Shown here in pieces: positions 49,283-58,373 of a DNA stretch of 64,000 bases. The notes under the pieces were generated by a model. The model was not told the origin of the DNA. It saw only the letters and a program-made list of their open reading frames with translations, and searched no databases. Origin of the DNA: an uncultured delta proteobacterium (GTDB lineage Bacteria; Desulfobacterota; Binatia; HRBIN30; BPIQ01). How positions within the stretch are numbered: position 1 is the first letter of the stretch; every line of letters begins with the position of its first letter. The position numbers were made by a program, and so were the translations under genes. The stretch is from contig CAVXGR010000015.1 of NCBI GenBank assembly GCA_963761335.1, positions 224,001 through 288,000 on the forward strand, in the 5' to 3' direction.

Positions 49283-51514
49283 ATGGTCCTTCTGATTCTC
49301 CTGCTCGGGTTGCTCTGCTCCGCCGGCGCCTCGGCGCAGACCGAGGCGCTCCAGGCGCAGGCGGAGAGCATCAAGATCGACGCCGAATCGATCTCCTACG
49401 ACCAGAAGACGGACACGGTCACCGCCACCGGCGACGTCGTCGTCCGGCGCGGCGACACCGTCCTGCGCGCCAAACGCGTCGAGGTGCAGCGGGGCACCTC
49501 CGAGGCGCACGCCGAGGGCGACGTGGTCCTGCACGGCGCCGAGGGGGTGCTCACGGCGCGCCAGGTGGACCTCGACCTCGAGAACGAGACGGGATCGATC
49601 GTCGACGGCTCGGTGTACTCGCCCCAGTACGGATACTCGCTGAGCGGCGAGCGCATCGAGAAGGGACTCGGACAGCGCTACCGCATCGAGAACGGCAAGT
49701 TCACCACCTGCAACTGCGGCGAGGGGGCGCCCAGCTGGAGCATCGCCGGCGAGAAGGTGAACATCGACCTGAACGGCTACGGCAGGCTGGAGGGCGGCAC
49801 CTTCAACGTCCTCGATTACCCGATCTTCTACCTTCCCCGGGCCGTCTTTCCGGTCACGCGGGAGCGGCAGACCGGCTTCCTCCTTCCCCGATTCGGCGCC
49901 TCCAACCGCCGCGGCTTTCAGCTGATTCAGCCGTTCTATCTGGCGATCAACCGCAGCCACGACCTCACCGCGGCCCTCGACGTCGAGACCGGAGCCCGCC
50001 TGGGCATGCTCGGCGAGTACCGCTACGCGTTGAGCCCCGAGACGGCGGGGACGCTCAGCGCCTCCTATTTCAACGAGATCTTCCGCTCGGCGGCGGATCG
50101 GCAGAAGATCGGCACCACGGTTCCCGAGAATCGCTGGAGCGTGGTTGGTGAGCACACCCAGGGGTTGCCCGACGACACCGTCGGCTACGTCGATCTCTTT
50201 CTGGTCAGTGACGATCTGTTCCTGCGCGAGATCAACACCTTCTCGGTCGACTACCGGCACGACGTGCTGGACCGCACGCGTCGTTACACCGACTCGCGGG
50301 TCGGGGCGCTGCACACCTGGGACCGCGCCGCCTTGCAGGTGGAGGGCCAGTATTACCAGGATCTGATCGGCAGCCAGAGCCTGACGCTGCAGCGGGTTCC
50401 CGAGCTGCACTTCTGGGGACAGAGCTCGCTCGGCTCGCTTGCCTTCGGGTCCGTCGACCTGAGCGCCACTTCTTTCCAGCGCCAGTCGGGCATCGACGGC
50501 TTTCGCTTCGACGTCAAGCCGGGCGTGACCGTGCCGCTGCGCACCTCGCTGCCGATCCGGGCGGCGCTGAACCTGGCGGTGCGCGAGACGGCGTACTCGC
50601 TGACGCAGCGGCGCATGCGGGGCGGTCTCGACCCCGATTCGCAGGCCCAGTGGGTGCTCGAGCTTCCCGGGCAGGTGTCGCGCGAGACGGCGCAGCTGGG
50701 CGCCGAGGCGGGAACCGAGTTCAGCCGCGTCTACCGCGTCGGGGGGACCCAGCTGCAGCGGCTGAAGCACACCATCGAGCCGGTGATCTCCTACGAGTAC
50801 GTCCCGGCCGTCGCGCAGAACGACCTGCCGCTCTTCGACAGCATCGACCGCGTCGACCGCCGCAATCTGGTGACCTACGGGATCGTCAGCCGACTGTTGG
50901 GCAAGTATGCCGGTGCGGCGGGCGAGCCGTCAGGCGCCGGCGCTCCTTCGGTCCGCGAGCTGGGGAGCCTGTCTCTGCTGCAGAGCTACGACTTCGAGCG
51001 CCAGATCGCCCCCGTCGGCCAGCCTCCGGGAGGACCCAAGGGGGACCACTTCTCCGACATCGATCTGGCGGTGCGAGCCAACCCGTCGCGCTCGACGTCG
51101 GTGCTGGCGCGCACCAGCTACGACGGCAGCGCCGGAGACATCTCGGCGGCGGCGGTTGCCGTGCGTCTCGCCGATCCGCGTGCCCGGGACGAGCATCGGC
51201 CGCGACAGCTCGAGAGCCGCAGCAATGCCACCATCGGCTACCGCTTCATCACCCAGGGGATCCTGCAGCAGGTCGATGGCTCACTGCTGCTGCATCTCAC
51301 CGACTACCTGGGATTTCTCTTCGCCAGCCGCTACGACGTGCAGAACCAGCAGCTGCTGGAGACCCATTTCGGCCTGCGGCTGCTGTCGCGCTGCGACTGC
51401 TGGGGGTTGGATCTGGCGGTCACCGACAAGACGAATCCGAGCGAGGTCGAGGTTCGCGCTCAGCTCACCCTCGTCGGCCTGGGCTCTTCGCCCGGCGGCT
51501 CCGGCCTGCCGTAG
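49283..51514 (+). CDS. lptD: LPS-assembly protein LptD
   Basis: OstA-like N-terminus, FTTC..W.I, RQTGFL.P, KH.IEP, C-terminal CW barrel strands. Confidence 0.88.
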   Translation: MVLLILLLGLLCSAGASAQTEALQAQAESIKIDAESISYDQKTDTVTATGDVVVRRGDTVLRAKRVEVQRGTSEAHAEGDVVLHGAEGVLTARQVDLDLENETGSIVDGSVYSPQYGYSLSGERIEKGLGQRYRIENGKFTTCNCGEGAPSWSIAGEKVNIDLNGYGRLEGGTFNVLDYPIFYLPRAVFPVTRERQTGFLLPRFGASNRRGFQLIQPFYLAINRSHDLTAALDVETGARLGMLGEYRYALSPETAGTLSASYFNEIFRSAADRQKIGTTVPENRWSVVGEHTQGLPDDTVGYVDLFLVSDDLFLREINTFSVDYRHDVLDRTRRYTDSRVGALHTWDRAALQVEGQYYQDLIGSQSLTLQRVPELHFWGQSSLGSLAFGSVDLSATSFQRQSGIDGFRFDVKPGVTVPLRTSLPIRAALNLAVRETAYSLTQRRMRGGLDPDSQAQWVLELPGQVSRETAQLGAEAGTEFSRVYRVGGTQLQRLKHTIEPVISYEYVPAVAQNDLPLFDSIDRVDRRNLVTYGIVSRLLGKYAGAAGEPSGAGAPSVRELGSLSLLQSYDFERQIAPVGQPPGGPKGDHFSDIDLAVRANPSRSTSVLARTSYDGSAGDISAAAVAVRLADPRARDEHRPRQLESRSNATIGYRFITQGILQQVDGSLLLHLTDYLGFLFASRYDVQNQQLLETHFGLRLLSRCDCWGLDLAVTDKTNPSEVEVRAQLTLVGLGSSPGGSGLP

Positions 51515-51515
51515 C

Positions 51516-51574
51516 TGGGAGCGCGGCCGGGACGGCCGTCAACGGCTAATCACAGCCGCGACGGCCGCGCTCCC
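51516..51574. repeat. family A variant hairpin between convergent genes
   Basis: TGGGAGCGCGGCCG...CGGCCGCGCTCCC. Confidence 0.75.
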
Positions 51575-51582
51575 CGGCGTCC

Positions 51583-52878
51583 TCAGTGCACCGGCGGCTG
51601 GCCGGTCCACACTTCAATCGAGCCAAAGCGGCCGCGCTCCGGGCCTTCCTTCTCCTTGGAAGGCTTTTCCCCTGGCTTCTCGCCCGGCTTGCCCGAGTGC
51701 CAGGTCGGCGCGATGACGTCGCCAAAGGCGGCGCCGATGTCGACGATGCCGTCGTGGTTGACGTCCCCAGTGGCCACTCCCCAGACGCGCTCCTTGCCGG
51801 TCTCCGGAATGCCGGTGTTGTGCATCGCCGTCCAGTGGCCGTGGCCGTCGCCCTTGAAGAGGAGCACGCCGTAGACGCCGCCGATCTCGTCGAGCGCCGT
51901 CTTGCCGGCGGCGATCAGGTCCAGGTTGCCGTCCTTGTCGAGGTCGGCGAGGGTCACGCCGAGGGCGTTCATCGGGGTGATACCCTCGGAAGAATTGACG
52001 TAGCTGCCGTCCGGCTGTTGCAGGAACACCTCGACGCCGGGAAGGGCGGCGCCCGAGGCGATGTCCAGCCGGCCGTCATTGTTGATGTCGCCGACGGCGA
52101 TGCCCCAGTAGAGGCCGTGGATGTCGGGTGCCGGGAGGCCGGCCGAGGCCTCGTGCCAGGTACCGTCGCCGTTGCCGAGATAGACGCGCGGACCGGCCGA
52201 GTAGGCGGCGACGATGTCGAGCTTGCCGTCGCCGTTCATGTCGGCCATGACGATACCGTTGCCCCACTCCTGCAGTGGCAGGCCGTCCGAGCTCTCCTGC
52301 CACTTGCCCTTGCAGTCGCCGGTGAACACGCGGATGCCCTCTTCCTGGGCAGTGACCACTGCCACATCCGGGCATCCGTCTCCGTTCACGTCGCCGGCGG
52401 CGATGTCCTCGGAGCCGACGGTGGGCAGGCCCGAGGACGCCATGGTCCAGTTGCCGGCCCCGTCTCCGAAAAAGACGTACACGCCCTTGCAGTGGTCGGC
52501 GATGGCGAGATCCAACTTCCCATCCTTATTAAAGTCGGCGAAAGCGACGCCGCCGCCGCAGAACGTCTCGCGGGGCAGGCCATTCGCGGCCGGCGTCCAA
52601 TTCCCCTTGCCATCGGAGGTCCATACCCAGGCGCCGTCGGAGAGGCGCGAGACCGCCGCAATATCATCGAAGCCATCGCCGTTGATGTCGCCGAAGGCGA
52701 TCTGCGACTTCCAGATCTTGCCCAACGGCAGCCCATGACTGGTCTGTTCGAAAAATACCGGCCCGCGCGTCTGTGCGCTTGGCGCCGACTTTGCAGCGCC
52801 GCGGCCCATCATGCTACAGCCAGCGACGATCAGGGGTAGGGACACGAGCACTGCCAGGGCTCGTCCAGGAATCAGCAT
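51583..52878 (-). CDS. FG-GAP/VCBS repeat lipoprotein
   Basis: VAGC lipobox; seven DxNxDGxxD-type repeats, each followed by G.G.W...S.GLP-like segments. Confidence 0.9.
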   Translation of the reverse strand: MLIPGRALAVLVSLPLIVAGCSMMGRGAAKSAPSAQTRGPVFFEQTSHGLPLGKIWKSQIAFGDINGDGFDDIAAVSRLSDGAWVWTSDGKGNWTPAANGLPRETFCGGGVAFADFNKDGKLDLAIADHCKGVYVFFGDGAGNWTMASSGLPTVGSEDIAAGDVNGDGCPDVAVVTAQEEGIRVFTGDCKGKWQESSDGLPLQEWGNGIVMADMNGDGKLDIVAAYSAGPRVYLGNGDGTWHEASAGLPAPDIHGLYWGIAVGDINNDGRLDIASGAALPGVEVFLQQPDGSYVNSSEGITPMNALGVTLADLDKDGNLDLIAAGKTALDEIGGVYGVLLFKGDGHGHWTAMHNTGIPETGKERVWGVATGDVNHDGIVDIGAAFGDVIAPTWHSGKPGEKPGEKPSKEKEGPERGRFGSIEVWTGQPPVH

Positions 52879-53078
52879 CAGCCTCTCTCCTTCTGCCTCA
52901 ATATCCCCGTCATTTTTTGGTCACTGCGTATATTGGCTGCCAGTGTGGCGGGGAGGGGGGACAACGGGGGGCTGCTTAGCAGAGGGGTCCGAAGTGGTCA
53001 AGGACTGGCCCGCGCCGAAAATGATCCGTTTTCCAAGAAGTTTCAGCCTCTTCGAATCGCGATCTTCCCTTTTTCCGC

Positions 53079-53107
53079 TTGACAAGCTGTGGCCGTTACA
53101 GTATCTC
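53079..53107 (+). promoter_or_regulatory. sigma70 promoter of secreted-paralog pair
   Basis: TTGACA-N17-TATCTC. Confidence 0.6.
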
Positions 53108-53259
53108 TCCCACGCTTCCGCTGCGGCGGATCTGAGAGATATGGTGCAGCGAAGTGGTTCGGTACCCGGATGATCGTTCCCATTGGGAGACCAGAATTCC
53201 TGGTGTCGAGCGCGAGAGCAGTGGACGGGGATAATCTCCGGCTGGAAAGGAGAGAGGCA

Positions 53260-54354
53260 ATGAGTAAAGCGACGGGGCGACCGTTTTTCTTCGGCGTGTG
53301 TGCGCTAGTGGTGGCCGTTGTCTTCGCGGTCGGAGCACCCGCGCGGGCCGACGTCACGACGGATCAGAGCGGGTCGATTTTGATTTTTCCCAAAGTGATC
53401 AGTGACGGTGTTCGCGACACCCTCATCCAGATTTCCAATACCGGGAACACCCTGGTCCACGCGAAGTGCTACTACGTGGATGGTGAGACGGTTCCGGTGT
53501 TCGGCGGTCCTCCGCAGGCCCTCTGGCAGGCGACCGACTTCTTCATCTGGCTCACCCGCCAGCAGCCGACACAGTGGTCGGCAGCCCGCGGCCGGCCGGT
53601 CAACCCGAGCGATCCTCTCGGAACTCCGAATGCCGGTATCGATCCGGGCTCTGTGCCACCGACCGTGCCCACCTTTGAGGGCGAGCTGGTCTGCATCGAG
53701 ATCGGCGCCGACGGGCTTCCGGTCAGCGGCAACAAGCTGAAAGGCGAGGCGACGCTGAAGAACCTGGCCACCGGAGACGTGAGCAAGTACAACGCCATTG
53801 CCATCAAGGGCGGCCCGGCGGCTGGCGCCACCGATAACGTCCTGCAGCTCGACAACGACCAGTACAACTCCTGCCCGCAGACACTTCTCCTCGACAGCTT
53901 CACCGAGGGAGCCACGGAGCCGGTTATCGGACCGCCGAACAACCTCGGCCTGTGCGCGGGCGGCGATTGCGACATCACCACCGAGCTGACCCTGGTTCCC
54001 TGCCAGATGGACTTCGAGAATGCGCAGCCGGGCTCGTCGACCATTCAGATCTTCGTGATCAACGAGTTCGAGCAGACGGTCTCCGCGACCCTGTCGATCG
54101 ACTGCTGGTTCAACGAAAGCTTGGCACAGATCAGCAGCTCCGCGTTCTCCTACGGGACGCGCGGCACGCTGTCGGCATATGCCCGCCTACAGCGGACGAG
54201 CGGCAGCGGCTTCATCGGGGTTGCCGAGGAGTTCCATCGCAACAGTGCCAACACGGTGGCGGCCGCCGCTTATCAACTGCAGATCGAGGGTAGCAGGTTC
54301 AATCCAGACGAAGGTCGGGACACCTTCGACTCGATCATAATCACCCGCGAGTGA
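53260..54354 (+). CDS. secreted Cys-containing hypothetical protein (paralog 1)
   Basis: RBS AAAGGAGA; signal peptide ARA; motifs shared with next gene. Confidence 0.85.
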   Translation: MSKATGRPFFFGVCALVVAVVFAVGAPARADVTTDQSGSILIFPKVISDGVRDTLIQISNTGNTLVHAKCYYVDGETVPVFGGPPQALWQATDFFIWLTRQQPTQWSAARGRPVNPSDPLGTPNAGIDPGSVPPTVPTFEGELVCIEIGADGLPVSGNKLKGEATLKNLATGDVSKYNAIAIKGGPAAGATDNVLQLDNDQYNSCPQTLLLDSFTEGATEPVIGPPNNLGLCAGGDCDITTELTLVPCQMDFENAQPGSSTIQIFVINEFEQTVSATLSIDCWFNESLAQISSSAFSYGTRGTLSAYARLQRTSGSGFIGVAEEFHRNSANTVAAAAYQLQIEGSRFNPDEGRDTFDSIIITRE

Positions 54355-54422
54355 GCGGACGCGCTCGGAAAGGCGGTGTAAGCATGGCGACGTTCTCCAG
54401 CCTGTTGGAAAGGAGAGACGCA

Positions 54423-55733
54423 ATGAGGACGAAGAAGGGGTTTCCGGCGCGCAAGAGCCTGTGGTTCATCGCGGTGACCGGGGCGGTGCTACTGGCCTCG
54501 GCGGCAGCCTACGCCCAGACCGGTGCCTGCACGGACGAGACTAACTGCACAATCGGTTCGGACAGGCCCGCGTCGTTGCTGTTCTATCCGAAGATCAACG
54601 TGGACCTGAACAACTTTTTTGGTGAGGGTCGCACGGACACGATCCTGCAGCTGACCAACGTCAGCGAGCGCCGCACGGTCGACGTGTACTGCTACTATGT
54701 GAACGCCCAAGGGCAGTGCAGCAGCACCGGCGATCCCTGTCGGGTGCAATCGGACTGCAACCTCGGAGAGAGGTGCGACCCGCAATGGCAGCCGGTCGAC
54801 TTCCGCATGACGCTGACCAAGCGGCAGCCGATCTCGTGGAAGGCCAGCGAGGGCATGAGCTTCCTGCCCTGCGATCGAGACAATCCGAACGCCGACCCGA
54901 ACACGGGATTCAACTGCATCACCGACGATCAGCTGCAGCCGATCTACAACAGCAACAGCTTCATTCCCCAAGTCAACGATGATCCGTTCCTGGGCGAGCT
55001 GAAGTGCTGGGAGGTCGACGAGAACGACAACCCGGTGGACTTCAACGACCTCAAGGGCGAGGCCACCATCGTGCGCACCAGCGGTAGCGCCGACATCGAC
55101 GTCGCGAAGTACAACGCCATCGGCGTCCAGGCGATACCGGGCAGAAACGACAACAACAATACGTTGTGTGTCGGTGGCGGCAATCCGGATGACTGCCCCA
55201 ACGGCGCCGAGTACGTGGGCTGTCCGCAGGCGCTGATCGTCAACCACTTCTACGACTTTGCCCAGGTACCCTATGGGCCCAGCGGCAGCGGCTTGTCGAG
55301 CGAAATCCGGAACCGAATCACCGTGGTTCCCTGCGCTGAGGACTTCAACGTCCCGTCGAACAACTTGCTGTCGGCGACCACGTTGCAGCTGCTGACGTTC
55401 AACGAGTTCGAGCAGCGTTTCTCGACCTCGTACAAGCTCACCTGCTACGACGATCGCCCAATGACGGACATCGACACGCGGCTTGGGATCAGGACTGATG
55501 ACCAGGTGTCGATCTTCAGCGCCGCGGTCGAAGGCACTCTGTCAGGCCAGACCCGGATTCGGGCCGTGGGCACCGACAGCCAGGCCCGCGGCGTCCTCGG
55601 CATCCTCGAGGAGTCGGACTCCTGCTTGACCGGTCCTCCGGATACTCTGATCGATGGCGCTTCCTGCCGCGCCGACGTGAACATCCACTATCAGGGACAG
55701 CGGACGACCGGCGACATCATCCAGGGCCGCTAG
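54423..55733 (+). CDS. secreted Cys-rich hypothetical protein (paralog 2)
   Basis: RBS AAAGGAGA; signal peptide AYA; collinear with paralog 1 plus Cys-rich inserts. Confidence 0.85.
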   Translation: MRTKKGFPARKSLWFIAVTGAVLLASAAAYAQTGACTDETNCTIGSDRPASLLFYPKINVDLNNFFGEGRTDTILQLTNVSERRTVDVYCYYVNAQGQCSSTGDPCRVQSDCNLGERCDPQWQPVDFRMTLTKRQPISWKASEGMSFLPCDRDNPNADPNTGFNCITDDQLQPIYNSNSFIPQVNDDPFLGELKCWEVDENDNPVDFNDLKGEATIVRTSGSADIDVAKYNAIGVQAIPGRNDNNNTLCVGGGNPDDCPNGAEYVGCPQALIVNHFYDFAQVPYGPSGSGLSSEIRNRITVVPCAEDFNVPSNNLLSATTLQLLTFNEFEQRFSTSYKLTCYDDRPMTDIDTRLGIRTDDQVSIFSAAVEGTLSGQTRIRAVGTDSQARGVLGILEESDSCLTGPPDTLIDGASCRADVNIHYQGQRTTGDIIQGR

Positions 55734-55758
55734 TCCAAGCGCACCGCAGCTGACCGAG

Positions 55759-55796
55759 AGGGCCGGGGGGAGTCATCCTCCCGGCCCTTTCCTTTT
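55759..55796 (+). terminator. intrinsic terminator
   Basis: AGGGCCGGGGG...CTCCCGGCCCT stem followed by TTCCTTTT. Confidence 0.65.
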
Positions 55797-58073
55797 GAGG
55801 GCCTCGTCAATAACAGCGAACAGGTGCGCGGGCACGATCGGCTTTGCGACATACCCGTCCATGCCCGCGGCCAGGCAGCGGGCCGCGTCGTCCTTCATCG
55901 CGTGCGCCGTCAGGGCGACGATCGGCAGGTGGCGGCCGGAGCTCTGCTCTTCCTGCCGGATCGCAGCGGTTGCGGCAAAGCCATCCATTTCGGGCATCTG
56001 CACGTCCATGAGCACGAGATCGAAGACGCTGCTCTTCAGCGCCTCCAGGGCCTCCCTGCCATTTGCCACCATCTCCACGCTGTGGTTGTGCTTACCCAGG
56101 AGGTGGGTGACCAACCGCTGATTGACGGCGTTGTCTTCAGCCACCAGCACGTGCAGTCCAGAGGCCTGCGCTGGCGTGGTCGGATGATCGCTCGGCGTTG
56201 AGGCGCCCGGGAGGGCTTCAGTTGAGTTGCTCGAAGAGACCTCCGTCGGCCCGCCGCGCAAACCCAGCGCCCCGCACATGGCCTCCAGTAGCTCCGCCGG
56301 AGAGACCGGCTTGACCACGTAAGCGGTGATTCCGATCTCCCGGCAATGGGCGGCATATCCGGGCTGATCGTCGGATGTCAGCATCATGATCGTGGCGCCC
56401 GCCAGCTGCGGGCACCGGCGAATCTCCGCTGCCACCGCGAAGCCGTCCATCTCCGGCATGCGGGCATCGAGGAGCACGAGTGGGTAGGGGATGCCGCGGG
56501 CGCAGGCTCCTGTCAGCTCGGCGAGCGCTGCCCGACCGCCGTCTGCGGGCGTGGGCTTCATCCCCCAATAGGCCGACAGCATCTCGGTGAGGATGAGCCG
56601 GTTGGTGGCGTTGTCGTCCACGACCAGCACGGGCATGTCGCGAAGCATCTGCACGTCCGTACGCTGCGGCGCGGAAGCCCGGTTGGGGCTCACTCCCAGG
56701 CGCATGGTAAAATGGAAGGTGCTGCCTCGCCTTTCCTCGCTCTCGATCTGTATCTGGCCGCCCATCAATCGCACCAGGGAGGCCGATATCGCCAATCCCA
56801 GGCCGCTCCCGCCGAAACGACGCGCGGTGGACGAATCTCCTTGCTCGAAGGCGCTGAAGATCAGCCGTTGCTTGCCCTGCGAAATACCAATTCCCGTATC
56901 GCGCACCGAAACGTGCAGGGTGGCGTACCGAGAGCCAGCGTCGCCGTTGGGGTGAGCCAGATCCGCATGGGCCTCTGCGGCGCCACCGTCCCGTGTGGCG
57001 ACCTCGACGAGGATCTCTCCTTGCTCGGTGAACTTGATTGCGTTGCCCACCAGGTTGACGAGGACCTGCCGCAGCCGGCCGAGATCGCCGACCAACCCAT
57101 CGGGAACCTCGGGCGCGACGCGAAACATCAGCTCCAGGCCCTTTTCGTGGGCTCGCAGACTCAGCGTTCGCATCGTTTCGCCGAGACGCTCGCGCAGGGA
57201 GAAGACAACCGGATCCAGATCGAGCTTGCCGGCTTCGATCTTCGAGAAATCGAGTATGTCATTGATGACCCGGAGCAGTCCGTCAGCGGAGATCTTCACC
57301 AGGTCGAGATACTCGCGCTGCTCCGGCGTCAGGTTCGTGTCGAGGGCGAGCTCGGTCATTCCGATGATGCCGTTCATCGGGGTGCGAATCTCGTGGCTCA
57401 TGTTGGCGAGAAACTCACTCTTGGCGCGCGTCGAGGCGCAGGCCTGATCGCGTGCCTGAGCGATCTCGACGCCCTGACTGCAGAGCTTGAGCTCGGCATC
57501 TTTCCGATCGAGGCGTTGCAGCTCGGAGACGCGGGCGATGTAGACAGAGGCGACCAGCATGATCAGCACATCGACCGGAAGGCTGGTCGGCGTGGCGCGC
57601 CATCCGATGACCAGCTCTACGTTGGCAAACAGACAGGCCGCGATGCCTACCGTGAATACAATCTGAGGCCAGGTCTCCCAGGGGAAGAACGCCGCCAGAC
57701 AGACGAGGGTGATGGTCAACAGGTAGGTCGTTGTCAGGACTTCCCCGATCAGGATGCCGCGGAGGGTGATGTCGACGGCAAACAGGAGCACAATCGCGGT
57801 GACCCCAACGACTACTGGTCTCCACGGCAGGCGGCCGGGCAGTCGCGAGCGCAGCAGTAGCAGCAGGATCGCATACGCTCCGATCACACAGACCTTCCAA
57901 GTGACCAATGGTGCGGTCCGCGTCCCGGGATTGGTCAGATCGAGGAGCAGGTAGAAGAGGTCTCCGAGGATGGCCAACCAGAGAGCCAGCCGAAGGTGGG
58001 AGAGCAGGAGGAACTTCGAGTCGACATGCAGGGCGGCGCGAACCTCCTGGGTACGCTCCGTTCCACGCGCCAT
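55773..58073 (-). CDS. hybrid sensor histidine kinase with two receiver domains
   Basis: N-terminal TMs; [15 protein letters not shown]; HATPase; LVVDDN/LDARMP and LVAEDN/MDVQMP. Confidence 0.95.
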   Translation of the reverse strand: MARGTERTQEVRAALHVDSKFLLLSHLRLALWLAILGDLFYLLLDLTNPGTRTAPLVTWKVCVIGAYAILLLLLRSRLPGRLPWRPVVVGVTAIVLLFAVDITLRGILIGEVLTTTYLLTITLVCLAAFFPWETWPQIVFTVGIAACLFANVELVIGWRATPTSLPVDVLIMLVASVYIARVSELQRLDRKDAELKLCSQGVEIAQARDQACASTRAKSEFLANMSHEIRTPMNGIIGMTELALDTNLTPEQREYLDLVKISADGLLRVINDILDFSKIEAGKLDLDPVVFSLRERLGETMRTLSLRAHEKGLELMFRVAPEVPDGLVGDLGRLRQVLVNLVGNAIKFTEQGEILVEVATRDGGAAEAHADLAHPNGDAGSRYATLHVSVRDTGIGISQGKQRLIFSAFEQGDSSTARRFGGSGLGLAISASLVRLMGGQIQIESEERRGSTFHFTMRLGVSPNRASAPQRTDVQMLRDMPVLVVDDNATNRLILTEMLSAYWGMKPTPADGGRAALAELTGACARGIPYPLVLLDARMPEMDGFAVAAEIRRCPQLAGATIMMLTSDDQPGYAAHCREIGITAYVVKPVSPAELLEAMCGALGLRGGPTEVSSSNSTEALPGASTPSDHPTTPAQASGLHVLVAEDNAVNQRLVTHLLGKHNHSVEMVANGREALEALKSSVFDLVLMDVQMPEMDGFAATAAIRQEEQSSGRHLPIVALTAHAMKDDAARCLAAGMDGYVAKPIVPAHLFAVIDEALKRKGPGG

Positions 58074-58174
58074 CAGCGCACCTGGAGTGTCGTTCTGGCC
58101 ATTTTGTGTAGCCCCGAGATCGCAGCTGCGGCGGGTTCAGCCCCGCAGTACTCTGTACCCCTTGAAGGACACCT

Positions 58175-58190
58175 CGCACGCGCCGTGCCA
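58175..58190 (-). promoter_or_regulatory. putative sigma54 promoter of hybrid kinase
   Basis: Minus strand TGGCACGGCGCGTGCG, GG-N10-GC. Confidence 0.55.
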
Positions 58191-58373
58191 GGCTGAACGG
58201 TGGGTTTCAGCGGCGGAATCAGAAGCCGCTTGGGTGACGGCCAGTTGGCGATTACGACCGCATGGCAGCGACGATGGCGTCTCGGGTGGATCGCGAGGTC
58301 GCGCCGGAGAAGGCCGGCCAGGTCCACGGGCCCCGGTTGCATGTGCCCCGGGTTGTGAAATGATACCGGGGCT

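Noticed and set aside
47654..50770. 1038-aa minus-strand ORF
   Set aside because: Shadow of folC/lptD
58074..58373. Possible riboswitch in the divergent intergenic region
   Set aside because: Hairpins present, but I recognised no known aptamer consensus; needs an Rfam scan
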